Shown one piece after another: positions 54,833 to 64,000 of a stretch of 64,000 nt of DNA. Under the pieces are notes generated by a model. It was not told the DNA's origin. It made no database searches and was given only the letters and a program-made list of their open reading frames with translations. Source of the DNA: Eledone cirrhosa (lineage: Eukaryota); assembly GCA_964016885.1 (NCBI GenBank), contig OZ024745.1, positions 31,806,001 through 31,870,000 of the forward strand, written 5' to 3'. Each line of letters opens with the position of its first letter. The stretch's first letter is position 1. The position numbers were made by a program, and so were the translations under genes.

Positions 54833-55711
54833 ATCTAGTTATCTGCAGCTTGAGACTACCTAAAACAAAGAAAACCCACAAACCTGGCATATGCAGCTCG
54901 ACCTACAGGATAAAATGAGAAGCACTATCTGATAAGGAGGTCAGGATCAGGTATACAGCTGCTATTACATCCAAATTCAGAGAACTCCCTGAACAAACTG
55001 ATGACGTTGAAATGGAGCGGAGGCTGTTAAATGGTGCTGGCGAAAGCGGTTCTGTGTTTCGTCGGAAGCGGTTCTGTGTTTTGTCAGAAGGGCGCCCATG
55101 GTTTAATCAGGAGGCTAAAGATACTATCCAAGCAACGAAAGAGGTTTACTAAGCTTGGCTTCGAAATAAGTTTTCCTTCTTACACGTGCGGTACAAGCAA
55201 GCGCAAAGAGTCGCGGCAGAGACAGTAAATGCGTCCAAGGTTAAGACATGAGGACTTTTTGGTTAAGCTGTAATCCGACTTTAGATCAGCAAATAAAATA
55301 TTCTTGCAGACCATCCACCGAATTCGTAATAAGAAGTTCCTCTCCACGCCTGCTATTAGGAACGCGTCTGGGGTTCTTCTCTCTGTTAGTGTCTTGCAAA
55401 GAGATGTAGGGATATTGTCGAGTCCAAGCTAGCTGACGAACAGTTTGGTTTTCGCCCCGAACGTAGCAGAGCCAACCAAATTTTCAGTCTAGCGGTAAGT
55501 CTTAAAGATCGAATGGTTTTGCCAAGAGGTGTATGTTTGCTTCGTGTGCCTCAAAAAGGCATACAGCAGCGTTCCACGGGACTTGTGGAAGGTTCTCCGG
55601 CCGTATTGAATCGATGGACAACTTCTTGCTGTCTTGAAGTTCATATATGAATGCCCTGATATTTGTGTTTGGATAAATGGTGCTAGGTCGAAATTATTCA
55701 ATGTGGAAGTG

Positions 55712-55895
55712 ATATCAAAACCAGTGGGAGTATGATCAACCGACTGTAATTTGCAGGCGGCATGGTATTATTTTAACATGGTTTCCAGCGTAGTTACGTC
55801 CCTTTACGATCTGAGTTCAAATCCCGCCGAGGTTAACTTTGCCTTTCATCCTTACGGGGTCGATAAAATAAAGAACCAGTAATGTACTGGGTAAT
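55712..55895 (+). mobile_element. Second copy of the same SINE, inside the RTE RT domain
   Basis: CTGAGTTCAAATCCCGCCGAGGTTAACTTTGCCTTTCATCCTTACGGGGTCGATAAAATAAAGAACCAG, near-identical to 54688-54756. Confidence 0.8.
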
Positions 55896-56494
55896 TGCTG
55901 GCCAAAAGTAGAAGCAATTATTTTAACTTGTCAGAAAGTGATCTCCGACATGCATTTGCTTGGTTTGCTGCTGAATGCTGCACGGTAGGAATGAAAATAA
56001 GTGCTGCGAAAACTGAGACACTCGTCCTCTCAAGGAAGCCTGTGCAGTGCACTCTATATGTAAATGGAGTTCCACTAAAGCAGGTAGAGAAGTTCAAGTG
56101 TCTCGGAGCCGTTTTCACAAGTGATGGAAGACGGAGGCTGAATTAAATGCAACAATTACTGGAGCTGGCGTAGAATTGTGCCAGCTTCAGTACTCGATCA
56201 TCATAAGAAAATGGTAGGTGTAAAATCTATGCATGCTATCTTCTCTGACCCTTAGATTCCTTAACTTCTTGTATTTATAATAGTACTATAGTTAGAAGGA
56301 TGTGTATATGAGGTTCATTTATGATCAGCCATGTGGATATCGTCTCCCAGGAAGCTGGGATCAGAGGTCAAGTGGAATGTACGTTTATCATCGTTGTCTT
56401 GACAGGACAATGGTGGGAACTTTCCAATAATGGGTGGTCTCAGAGGCGAGAAACCTAAGATTCGGTTTCGAATCTTCGCCGGGATAATATAGGA

Positions 56495-58069
56495 GTATTA
56501 TACATGATGGCTGCCCCCTCCTTATCGAGTATGGCCATTTTGGCGGTTTTCTTCAATGATTCCCACGTGTTTTCACATTCCATGGACTCAAGAGACTTCG
56601 ACAGCTCAGCTCTGACTTCTTCTGACTTCAGACGAGCCACGTTTAGTCGTTTTGGAAGTGAAACCTTCTTCCCCCTTACTTTGGGTTCACAACAAATTGA
56701 AACTTGGCGCGCACCAGACGATGGTCAGTCCAACATTCCGCACTCGCAAAACACGAACCAGTGCGATATCCCTGATATCACGTTTCTTCGTTAAAACAAA
56801 GTCAATAAGGTGCCACTTCTTGGAACCTGGATGCATCCAAGTTGTCTTATATTTGTCTTTCTGCTGAAAGAGCGTATTCTCAACAATAAGATCCACCTCA
56901 GCGCACATCTGCAACAGAAGTAGGCCATTGTTATTGCACTTACCCACTCCATGCTTGCCTATCACACTCCAAGCTTCCCAGATATTACCAGCTCGTGCAT
57001 TAAAATCACCAAGGATGACAATCTTGTCTGCATAAGGTATACTATGGATGACCTCTTTCAAAGACATGTAGAAAGCTAATTTTTCATCATCAATAGCACA
57101 CATAGTAGGAGCGTACACACTGAACAGAGTCACAAGGCGGTTTTGAATCAGAGAGACTCTCCTGGACATTATCCGATCATTGAATCCACAAGGAAGATTT
57201 TTCAGCTTTGAGACGATTCCATTCCTGACAACAAATACAACCCCTGCCTCTCTCTTATAACTATCTGCTCTATCACTCCAATAGAAGGTATAACCTGCCT
57301 TCCGTTCTGTGAATTGACCCTCACCTGCCAATCTTGTTTCTGAAAGAGCAACGATGTCCATGTTATAGCGATTGTGTTCGTTCGACACCAAAGCAGATCT
57401 TTCAGGGCGAGTTTCACTGGATTGGGAATCAAGTAAAGTTCTTACATTCCACCATCCAATATTCAGAGATTTGAACCTCTTTGCAGTTGCAGGATGACGA
57501 CCGGGCCCGCGCTGTGGTACCATGGGACACCTGCCGGGCCAGACCCCTTCACAATAAGTTCCAGAGCCCTTACTGCCATTGACTTCAAGGTCATTTGTCA
57601 TCGTAGAGTTTGGTGTACTTTTAGGCTATTTAGGCTACAGCCAGCCACACGAACCTGTAACAGATTCTGAACAAGCAATGCCTGTGCTTTGAAGTTTTTT
57701 TTTAAGTGGGGAAAGGCCTTGCACTCGACCAATCCCACTCTTTGAGCATCGAAAACACTACCCGGAGAACTGGTCAACATCATCGGATGCTTCCGAAGCC
57801 GCAGGTTTTTATTTCAAAGTTTCCCTCATCTAGAAAGGTGTTGTGACAACAACTGGGGGCCTTTCACTCCCAGGTTAAAAAAGAAAGTACTACTTGGATT
57901 GCCGTTGACTCTGCCCTTTGCCAAGTTTGTATTTCATCCCGCAGGATGCCATATATCACCCTCCTCACGAAGCATGCTTGGCGGGGTTGCCGGTATAGTC
58001 GCCGACGACCCGAACATGAGACAGGTTATACTGGGTTACATATTACCAGTAGCACTCGTGAGCGAACTG
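56495..58069 (-). mobile_element. Internally deleted RTE (BovB-like) LINE: 5' UTR + endonuclease + short linker fused to the 3' terminal stem-loop; no RT
   Basis: 5' UTR ~57602-58069, EN ORF 56687-57601, linker RLKSEEVRAELSKSLESMECENTWESLKKT running directly into the 3' stem-loop (56507-56538) and a short ATGTA tail. Confidence 0.8.
56687..57601 (-). pseudogene. APE-type endonuclease domain of RTE LINE, frameshifted
   Basis: Motifs WNVRTL, DIVALSETRL, SVYAPT, ILGDFNAR, TWMHPGSKKWHLIDFV. The terminal AECWTDHRLV motif lies in another frame after an apparent 1-nt loss near 56744. Confidence 0.9.
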
Positions 58070-58183
58070 ATACATACATACATACATACATACATACATA
58101 CATACATGCATACATACATACATACATACATACATACATACATACATACATACATACATACATACATACATACATACATACAT
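58070..58183. repeat. (TACA)n microsatellite, the RTE 3' tail
   Basis: Direct reading; abuts the RTE 3' stem-loop. Confidence 0.95.
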
Positions 58184-58764
58184 GGTGGCTGCCAACTCGC
58201 TTTCGAGTACGGCCACTACTTTATATCCATGTAGGAGAACCCCTACCGATGCGCTAAACAAGTGTGACTTTTTAGTCCAGCCAGCGACTTGAAAACTCTG
58301 GTACAAACACTACACTTGTCACAATTATTGACACATAGTGCTGGGCCCATGGCACCATGTGACGACAAGTGCAGAGAGATCTCCAGATATAAAGCAATGC
58401 CTGTGCCGTGAAGCTTTTATAGTGAGCAAAGGCACTGCACAAAGCCAGTCCCACTCTCTTAACCAAGATGATATTTACCAAAAAGAAGAACAAGTCAACA
58501 TCATTGGATACCATCAGGGTTGCAGGTGTTGTATCAGAGTTTTCCTTCTCCTAGAATTCTGCCTTGACAAAGGCTAAGGGGTCATCTCTCCCGGTGATTT
58601 TGGATGGCCATTGACTCTTAAGAGCTCCTTTTCCCTTTGACAGGTTTTGTTTTTAGTCCTGCAGGATGTCCAAAGCCACCCTCCTCACCAAGAAACCTTG
58701 GTGGGGTTGCCAGTTTAGTCGCCAACGACCCGACCATGGGACAGGTTGTACTGGGATACATGTT
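58070..58764 (-). mobile_element. Bipartite non-autonomous RTE derivative: 5' UTR fused to C-terminal C2H2 finger, 3' stem-loop and (TGTA)n tail
   Basis: 58390-58764 is paralogous to ~57675-58043. 58320-58243 (minus) translates as DKCSVCTRVFKSLAGLKSHTCLAHR* (C-x2-C-x12-H-x4-H). Stem-loop at 58185-58216 and (TACA)n at 58070-58183. Confidence 0.8.
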
Positions 58765-58820
58765 ACATACATACATACATGATGGTTGCCCCCTCGTTAT
58801 CGAGTATGACCATTGCACGA
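58764..58820 (-). mobile_element. Isolated RTE 3' end (stem-loop + short TGTA tail)
   Basis: TACATGATGGTTGCCCCCTCGTTATCGAGTATGACCATT, near-identical to 56501-56539. Confidence 0.8.
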
Positions 58821-58827
58821 GAAAAAA

Positions 58828-58988
58828 AATATATATATATATATACATACATATATATTAATAACAATAATAATAATAATAATAATGCCAACAACAACAA
58901 CAACAACAACAACAATAATAATATATATATACATATATATATATATACACACACGCACACATAAACATATCTATACACACACACACAC
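58828..58988. repeat. Compound (TA)n/(AAT)n/(AAC)n/(CA)n microsatellite
   Basis: Direct reading. Confidence 0.95.
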
Positions 58989-59496
58989 GATAGCAACTAA
59001 CAGCGATGCTTTTTAGCCCAGCCAATCATCTAAAATGTCTTGCATAATACATACCTATCAAAAGGTCATCCTTGACCCATTCTATATACGTAAATACCTA
59101 TAAAACAAGTGATAACATGACTGATATATACTATCTGCCTTAATGAAACATGATAATAAAATTAATCTATGTAAGGTATTAAAAAAAGCTAAATGAAATG
59201 TCAGTAGTATAGAATCCGATATAAGTTATGCAGAAAACACCAGCATTATATTGAAACAGACTAAACTGTTTAATCCAGAAACATAAACTGAAGATACTTC
59301 ATTAACTACAGTGGTTGCATGCATGATCCCGTAACTCATGAGAGAGTCGCAGGGGCGCCGTGGTGACATATAGCGTTTCTAGAGCATTTTTTAAACCTGG
59401 TGGAACCCATCTCTTCTCTCAAGTTTTAATACAGATTTCTTCCAGAGAAGGTAGAAACTGAGAGGAAGGGAGTGTGATAGATATATAGAGGAAGAA

Positions 59497-59657
59497 ACGA
59501 CCCTAGTATTAATTTGGTACTTTTTTTATCGACCTTGAATGGGTGAAAGACCAAATTGACCTCGGTGGGATTAGAATTTAGAGAGTAGAGGGCCACAACG
59601 GATACGGCTAAGCATTCTATCCGACGTTCTAACGACTTTGCCATTTCGCCGCCTTCA
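59497..59657 (-). mobile_element. Diverged tRNA-derived CORE-type SINE
   Basis: Minus strand reads GAAGGCGGCGAAATGGCAAAGTCGTTAG (head) ...CCCACCGAGGTCAATTTGGTCTTTCACCCATTCAAGGTCGATAAAAAAAGTACC, homologous to the two plus-strand copies. Confidence 0.75.
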
Positions 59658-59687
59658 CTTCGTTAACTACAGCGATTAAGTTAAGCT

Positions 59688-59888
59688 TTTCCAGACAATG
59701 AAGGAATAGTTGTTCACTCTGATAGAAATGACAGCCAGCTCTCCCTAAATTAGAACGTATTGTCTTAAATAAAGACACATTGGAACATGTAGTCTATGAT
59801 ATACTGAAAGAATTGCATGGCTACAGCTAGAATGCTTTTGATTAAAGGTCTGTCTGATTTATGAAGGTTTACCTGGAATTAAACAATG
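59688..59888 (+). mobile_element. Probable 3' part of another SINE family
   Basis: GAAATGACAGCCAGCTCTCCCTAAAT...GCTAGAATGCTTTTGAT...ACCTGGAATTAAACAA resembles a recalled octopus SINE body. There is no second copy in the window to confirm it. Confidence 0.4.
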
Positions 59889-60194
59889 ATCGAGAGCCAT
59901 TCACACCGCTAGTACATCATTTGCGTTGCCACTGAGGCAAAACAGTAACAACCATTGTAACTGAAAACATGCATTGCTTTTCAAAAGTTTAGTACATAAC
60001 TGTATGTTGATGAGGATGTATTATCATAACATTTTTATTGCATTATCTGTCCGTCTGTCACGCTATGATGTTACGGTACCATTTCTAAGAAGTCGTTTTT
60101 ATTAGTTAAATGCATGTGTCCCCAATAGAGGAGACGTTATATTTTTGTTTATGAAATGGATATAATCTGCCAGATATATCCATATCATTGTTTC

Positions 60195-60208
60195 TCCCCC
60201 CCCCCCCC

Positions 60209-60246
<38 letters not shown>
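60195..60246. repeat. Poly-C plus (CT)n microsatellite
   Basis: Direct reading. Confidence 0.95.
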
Positions 60247-60252
<6 letters not shown>

Positions 60253-60309
60253 ATCATTCTATATCCTCCCTTAATGTTGATGACTGGAATGCAGTCAATC
60301 ATTCACAGC

Positions 60310-60475
60310 TAGTGCCGTATTTACCGCTATTCTAAGGTGTACTCAAGCACAGGACCCCGTCGGCCACGAGGGCCCATCTACCTGCCAAAAAAATTGTTTA
60401 CCTCCTTCAGGACCCAAGTAAGGCGTTTCATAACTTAAGTAGCACAGTGCCGCATTTATCCTAAATCCGGCACTG
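60310..60475. mobile_element. 166-bp hAT-type MITE with 8-bp TSD
   Basis: TIRs TAGTGCCGTATTTA / TAAATCCGGCACTG. Direct repeat TTCACAGC at 60302-60309 and 60476-60483; 8-bp TSDs are typical of hAT. Confidence 0.85.
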
Positions 60476-61383
60476 TTCACAGCCCTCTGCTATCAATGGA
60501 ACATTCTCTTTGGCATTCTATAGAGGATTAGTGTTGGGATAAAAGCGACGATATTCTCGAGAAAATTCTAAGTATCGACGAAAACGAATTAGCTAGTCGT
60601 TTCCAGACGACTTTCGGTCAAGGACCTATGAATAATTTCCAGAAATCCCTACAAGCATGGAAGTGCTGTCAGTCCGACCTGTCCTAGAGCACACAAGGCG
60701 ACGAAACTGTCCTGTACGCACTCATCCAGTTTCAGAGCATTACTGACTTATGGCGTTATGTCGAACATCAGCTATCACGTGTAAGATGGATCCAGCTATC
60801 AGCTGAATCTATTGTGAAAATCGTCCATCTGACTTCTTTTGGCGAGGATTTTCTGGCAGTTTTTATCTGTCTGGTGGTCATGGTGAAAGACGTTGTGTGG
60901 CGAACAAGACTAAAAGGGCTGAAGACACACTTTCCCCATTGACCAAGCCTTTATGGACTGTTTCTAAGTTTCATTTCAAATGGAAATTGAGGGTGAATAT
61001 GGAAGTGTTGTCTTTCTGCAAATATATTGAAAAATCGATGAGAGGCGAACATGATCCAAGTGAACGGGCCTGCTCTATGTATATTCCTGTAGATTGGAGA
61101 ACAACTGGGAGAAGGTACTTACTTGCCTTAATGGTTAGGGTGACAATTGCTTTTTTGTGAGTGTTTTCCAGGAGTACTCCCAGGTCTTGAATAATCATCA
61201 GCCATCCTCGTTTATTAATTTTTCAGATTTTATTCCAGCCGTGATTAAATTTTGCTCCGGCAAAATTTTATTGATACAGCAAGTGGAGAATCTAATAATT
61301 ATTTTATTTTACATTAAAAAACATTATATATGACCAAAAAAGAACATATCAAGAAATCCCATATTTACGTGCATTAAACAATT

Positions 61384-61502
61384 ACCCCCCCCCCCCCCAG
61401 TTTATTCCAACCCCACCTCCAGCCGCTTATAAGAATTGAAGCAAATTTCCACCCACCCAACTTATTCCAACCCTCTTCCCTGTTATTTGGGACCGGTGAG
61501 TA
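61384..61502. mobile_element. Possible DNA transposon terminus with subterminal TTATTCCAACCC repeats
   Basis: Two TTATTCCAACCC copies (~61402, ~61462), ending GGGACCGGTGAGTA. No partner end identified. Confidence 0.3.
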
Positions 61503-61694
61503 GCTCCCCTATTCAAGAATCTTTCTTTGTTTTATTTTTATTGCTACCCAGTTTTTTTGTTCATATAAACTGACACTGTATCGTCTTGTATCCTCGTTGA
61601 TTCTTTGCGTAAAGTTTTGTGGTTAATAAAGAAATCATTATATTATATAACGCCTGTTAAAGACTATTAGTACAGCAAAGCTGTGTATATAACG

Positions 61695-61765
61695 CAGTGG
61701 CTCTCAACCCTTTATTTGCCATTGGCACACCTTGGAACACATGAAAAAATAGCGGCACACCTGGC
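61695..61765 (+). mobile_element. hAT/Charlie-like left terminus
   Basis: CAGTGGCTCTCAACC followed by two GGCACACC subterminal motifs. No right end seen. Confidence 0.55.
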
Positions 61766-61820
61766 TAAATATATATGAAAAATATTTGAATTTTACAAAA
61801 TAAAAACATGGCAAGTCATA

Positions 61821-62880
61821 GACGGCATACAACCGTAGACACAGACTAGTCATAGACACAGACTAGTCATAGACAGCATACAACCGTAGACACAGACTAG
61901 TCATAGACACAGACTAGTCATAGACAGCATACAACCGTAGACACAGACTAGTCATAGACACAGACTAGTCATAGACAGCATACAACCGTAGACACAGACT
62001 AGTCATAGACACAGACTAGTCATAGACAGCATACAACCGTAGACACAGACTAGTCATAGACACAGACTAGTCATAGACAGCATACAACCGTAGACACAGA
62101 CTAGTCATAGACAGCATACAACCGTAGACACAGACTAGTCATAGACACAGACTAGTCATAGACAGCATACAACCGTAGACACAGACTAGTCATAGACACA
62201 GACTAGTCATAGACAGCATACAACCGTAGACACAGACTAGTCATAGACACAGACTAGTAATAGACACAGACTAGTCATAGACAGCATACAACCGTAGACA
62301 CAGACTAGTCATAGACACAGACTAGTCATAGACAGCATACAACCGTAGACACAGACTAGTCATAGACACAGACTAGTCATAGACAGCATACAACCGTAGA
62401 CACAGACTAGTCATAGACACAGACTAGTCATAGACGGCATACAACCGTAGACACAGACTAGTCATAGACAGCATACAACCGTAGACACAGACTAGTCATA
62501 GACAGCATACAACCGTAGACACAGACTAGTCATAGACAGCATACAACCGTAGACACAGACTAGTCATAGACAGCATACAACCGTAGACACAGACTAGTCA
62601 TAGACAGCATACAACCGTAGACACAGACTAGTCATAGACAGCATACAACCGTAGACACAGACTAGTCATAGACAGCATACAACCGTAGACACAGACTAGT
62701 CATAGACAGCATACAACCGTAGACATAGACTAGTCATAGACAGCATACAACCGTAGACACAGACTAGTCATAGACAGCATACAACCGTAGACACAGACTA
62801 GTCATAGACAGCATACAACCGTAGACACAGACTAGTCATAGACAGCATACAACCGTAGACATAGACTAGTCATAGACACA
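61821..62880. repeat. Minisatellite of two 17-bp subunits (51-bp AAB and 34-bp AB periods)
   Basis: A = GACACAGACTAGTCATA, B = GACAGCATACAACCGTA. Confidence 0.97.
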
Positions 62881-62978
62881 TAGAATGACTCAAACTAAAT
62901 AAAGAAACACACAGCTATGAACTTACTTTATTGCAGTGGCTTCTTTCGTGAGAAATTTGTGTCTGGCTTTTATTCATA

Positions 62979-63019
62979 ACTAGACTACTCGTGACCCGTT
63001 GGGTCACGAGTAGTCTAGT
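62979..63019. repeat. Perfect 19-bp hairpin bounded by CTAG
   Basis: ACTAGACTACTCGTGACCC-GTT-GGGTCACGAGTAGTCTAGT. Confidence 0.95.
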
Positions 63020-63056
63020 ACAGGTAATCAAAGTATGTATACATTTTTCCGGGACA

Positions 63057-63089
<33 letters not shown>

Positions 63090-63739
63090 AGTGTCCCTAA
63101 AAATGTATACACCATTCTAATATATATATTGCCTGTACAGGTAATCAAAGTGTGTATTCATTTTTCGGGGCCACCATATATATATATCGGGGTCCCTAAA
63201 AATGTATACACCATTCTAATATATATATTGGTTGTACAGGTAATCAAAGTGTGTATACATTTTTCCGGGACACCATATATGTATATATATATACCGGGGT
63301 CCCTAAAAATGTATACACCATTCTAATATATATATTGCCTGTACAGGTAATCAAAGTGTGTATTCATTTTTCGGGGACACCATATATATATATCGGGGTC
63401 CCTAAAAATGTATACATCATTCTAATATATATATTGCCTGTACAGGTAATCAAAGTGTGTATACATTTTTCGGGGAAACCATATATATATATATATACCT
63501 GGGTCCTGAAAAATGTATACACAATTTTAATATATATATTGGTTGTACAGGTAATCAAAGTGTGTATACATTTTTCCGGGACACCATATATATATATATA
63601 TATATACCGGTGTCCCTAAAAATGTATACACCATTCTAATATATATATTGCCTGTACAGGTAATCAAAGTGTGTATACATTTTTCGGGGACACCATATAT
63701 ATATACCGGGGTCCCTAAAAATGTATACACCATTCTAAT
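63018..63739. repeat. Tandem array of ~7 units (~100-115 bp) built from Tc1/mariner-like TIR pairs separated by (TA)n
   Basis: TGTATACATTTTTCCGGGACACC-(AT)n-ACCGGTGTCCCTAAAAATGTATACA. Left-TIR starts at ~63088, 63187, 63294, 63393, 63498, 63607, 63705. Confidence 0.85.
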
Positions 63740-64000
63740 CCTAAACGGACAGTAGTCCGTTTAGTAATATTGTTGTGGTCGTGTTTTCGTTGGCAATCGT
63801 CTGTTTACGACAGTACAGCGCGGCTCTACTTTATTTAACTGAGATAAAACTTATATGATCATGAACAGTAGATCATTACGCATCTTTTGGCTTAAAAATC
63901 TAGAAATTTGGTCCAGCGGGAAAAAGTTTATAATCAAAGTTTGCTGATAAATCTTGTGTTCAAGTGAGTGAGTAGTAAGCGTGACGCTAGGGGAGGTAAT

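Larger units (their letters stand above)
54270..56215 (+). pseudogene. Decayed RTE-clade LINE ORF (APE endonuclease and reverse transcriptase fragments)
   Basis: Frame-broken motifs in the expected order: ILMGDVNAYVG (~54317), NANGKALLDFC, IMNTLFQH, LDVRLKRRAGLSTDH (~54560-54604), EQFGFRPERSRANQIFSL (~55438), VYVCFVCLKKAYSSVPR, then GMKISAAKTETLVLSRK...QVEKFKCLG (ORF 55895-56146). Confidence 0.85.

Noticed and set aside
54999-55013. CTGATGA...GAAA hammerhead-like core
   Set aside because: Only CGTT lies between the boxes, with no stem II or III; it sits within LINE coding sequence.
57899-59016. ORFs containing IHTY, YVCM, poly-N, poly-L or poly-T runs
   Set aside because: Microsatellite translations.
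60540-61200. Possible transposase or exon remnant (ORFs 60897-61160 and 60971-61198)
   Set aside because: No convincing DDE/D or other motif found by eye; a BLASTX against Repbase/nr would be needed.
61821-62880. Common origin of the 17-bp minisatellite and the 55-bp satellite (shared CTAGT, ACCGT, AGACA)
   Set aside because: Only 5-mers are shared, with no extended collinear alignment.
62915-63733. Repetitive ORFs (VQVIKVCIHFSGTPY...)
   Set aside because: Frame depends on variable (TA)n lengths, and ORFs are open on both strands; an artefact of the tandem repeat.

Overview
Eukaryotic, gene-free repetitive DNA. The SINE sequences resemble octopus SINEs as I recall them, so an octopod cephalopod host is inferred, not proven. 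Bases 1-51556 are one head-to-tail satellite of about 937 copies of a 55-bp monomer. It stays in register throughout (no net indels) and varies mainly at six biallelic positions, whose patterns record nested block duplications. The array ends abruptly. The remaining ~12.4 kb is a transposon-rich flank containing: a candidate type I hammerhead ribozyme (51824-51928), a 690-bp foldback element, several perfect hairpins, a decayed plus-strand RTE LINE interrupted by SINEs, a head-to-tail chain of internally deleted minus-strand RTE elements whose 3' stem-loops covary, a hAT MITE with an 8-bp TSD, a two-subunit 17-bp minisatellite and a tandem array of Tc1/mariner-like TIR junctions. No intact protein-coding gene is supported. 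All alignments and folds were done by eye.
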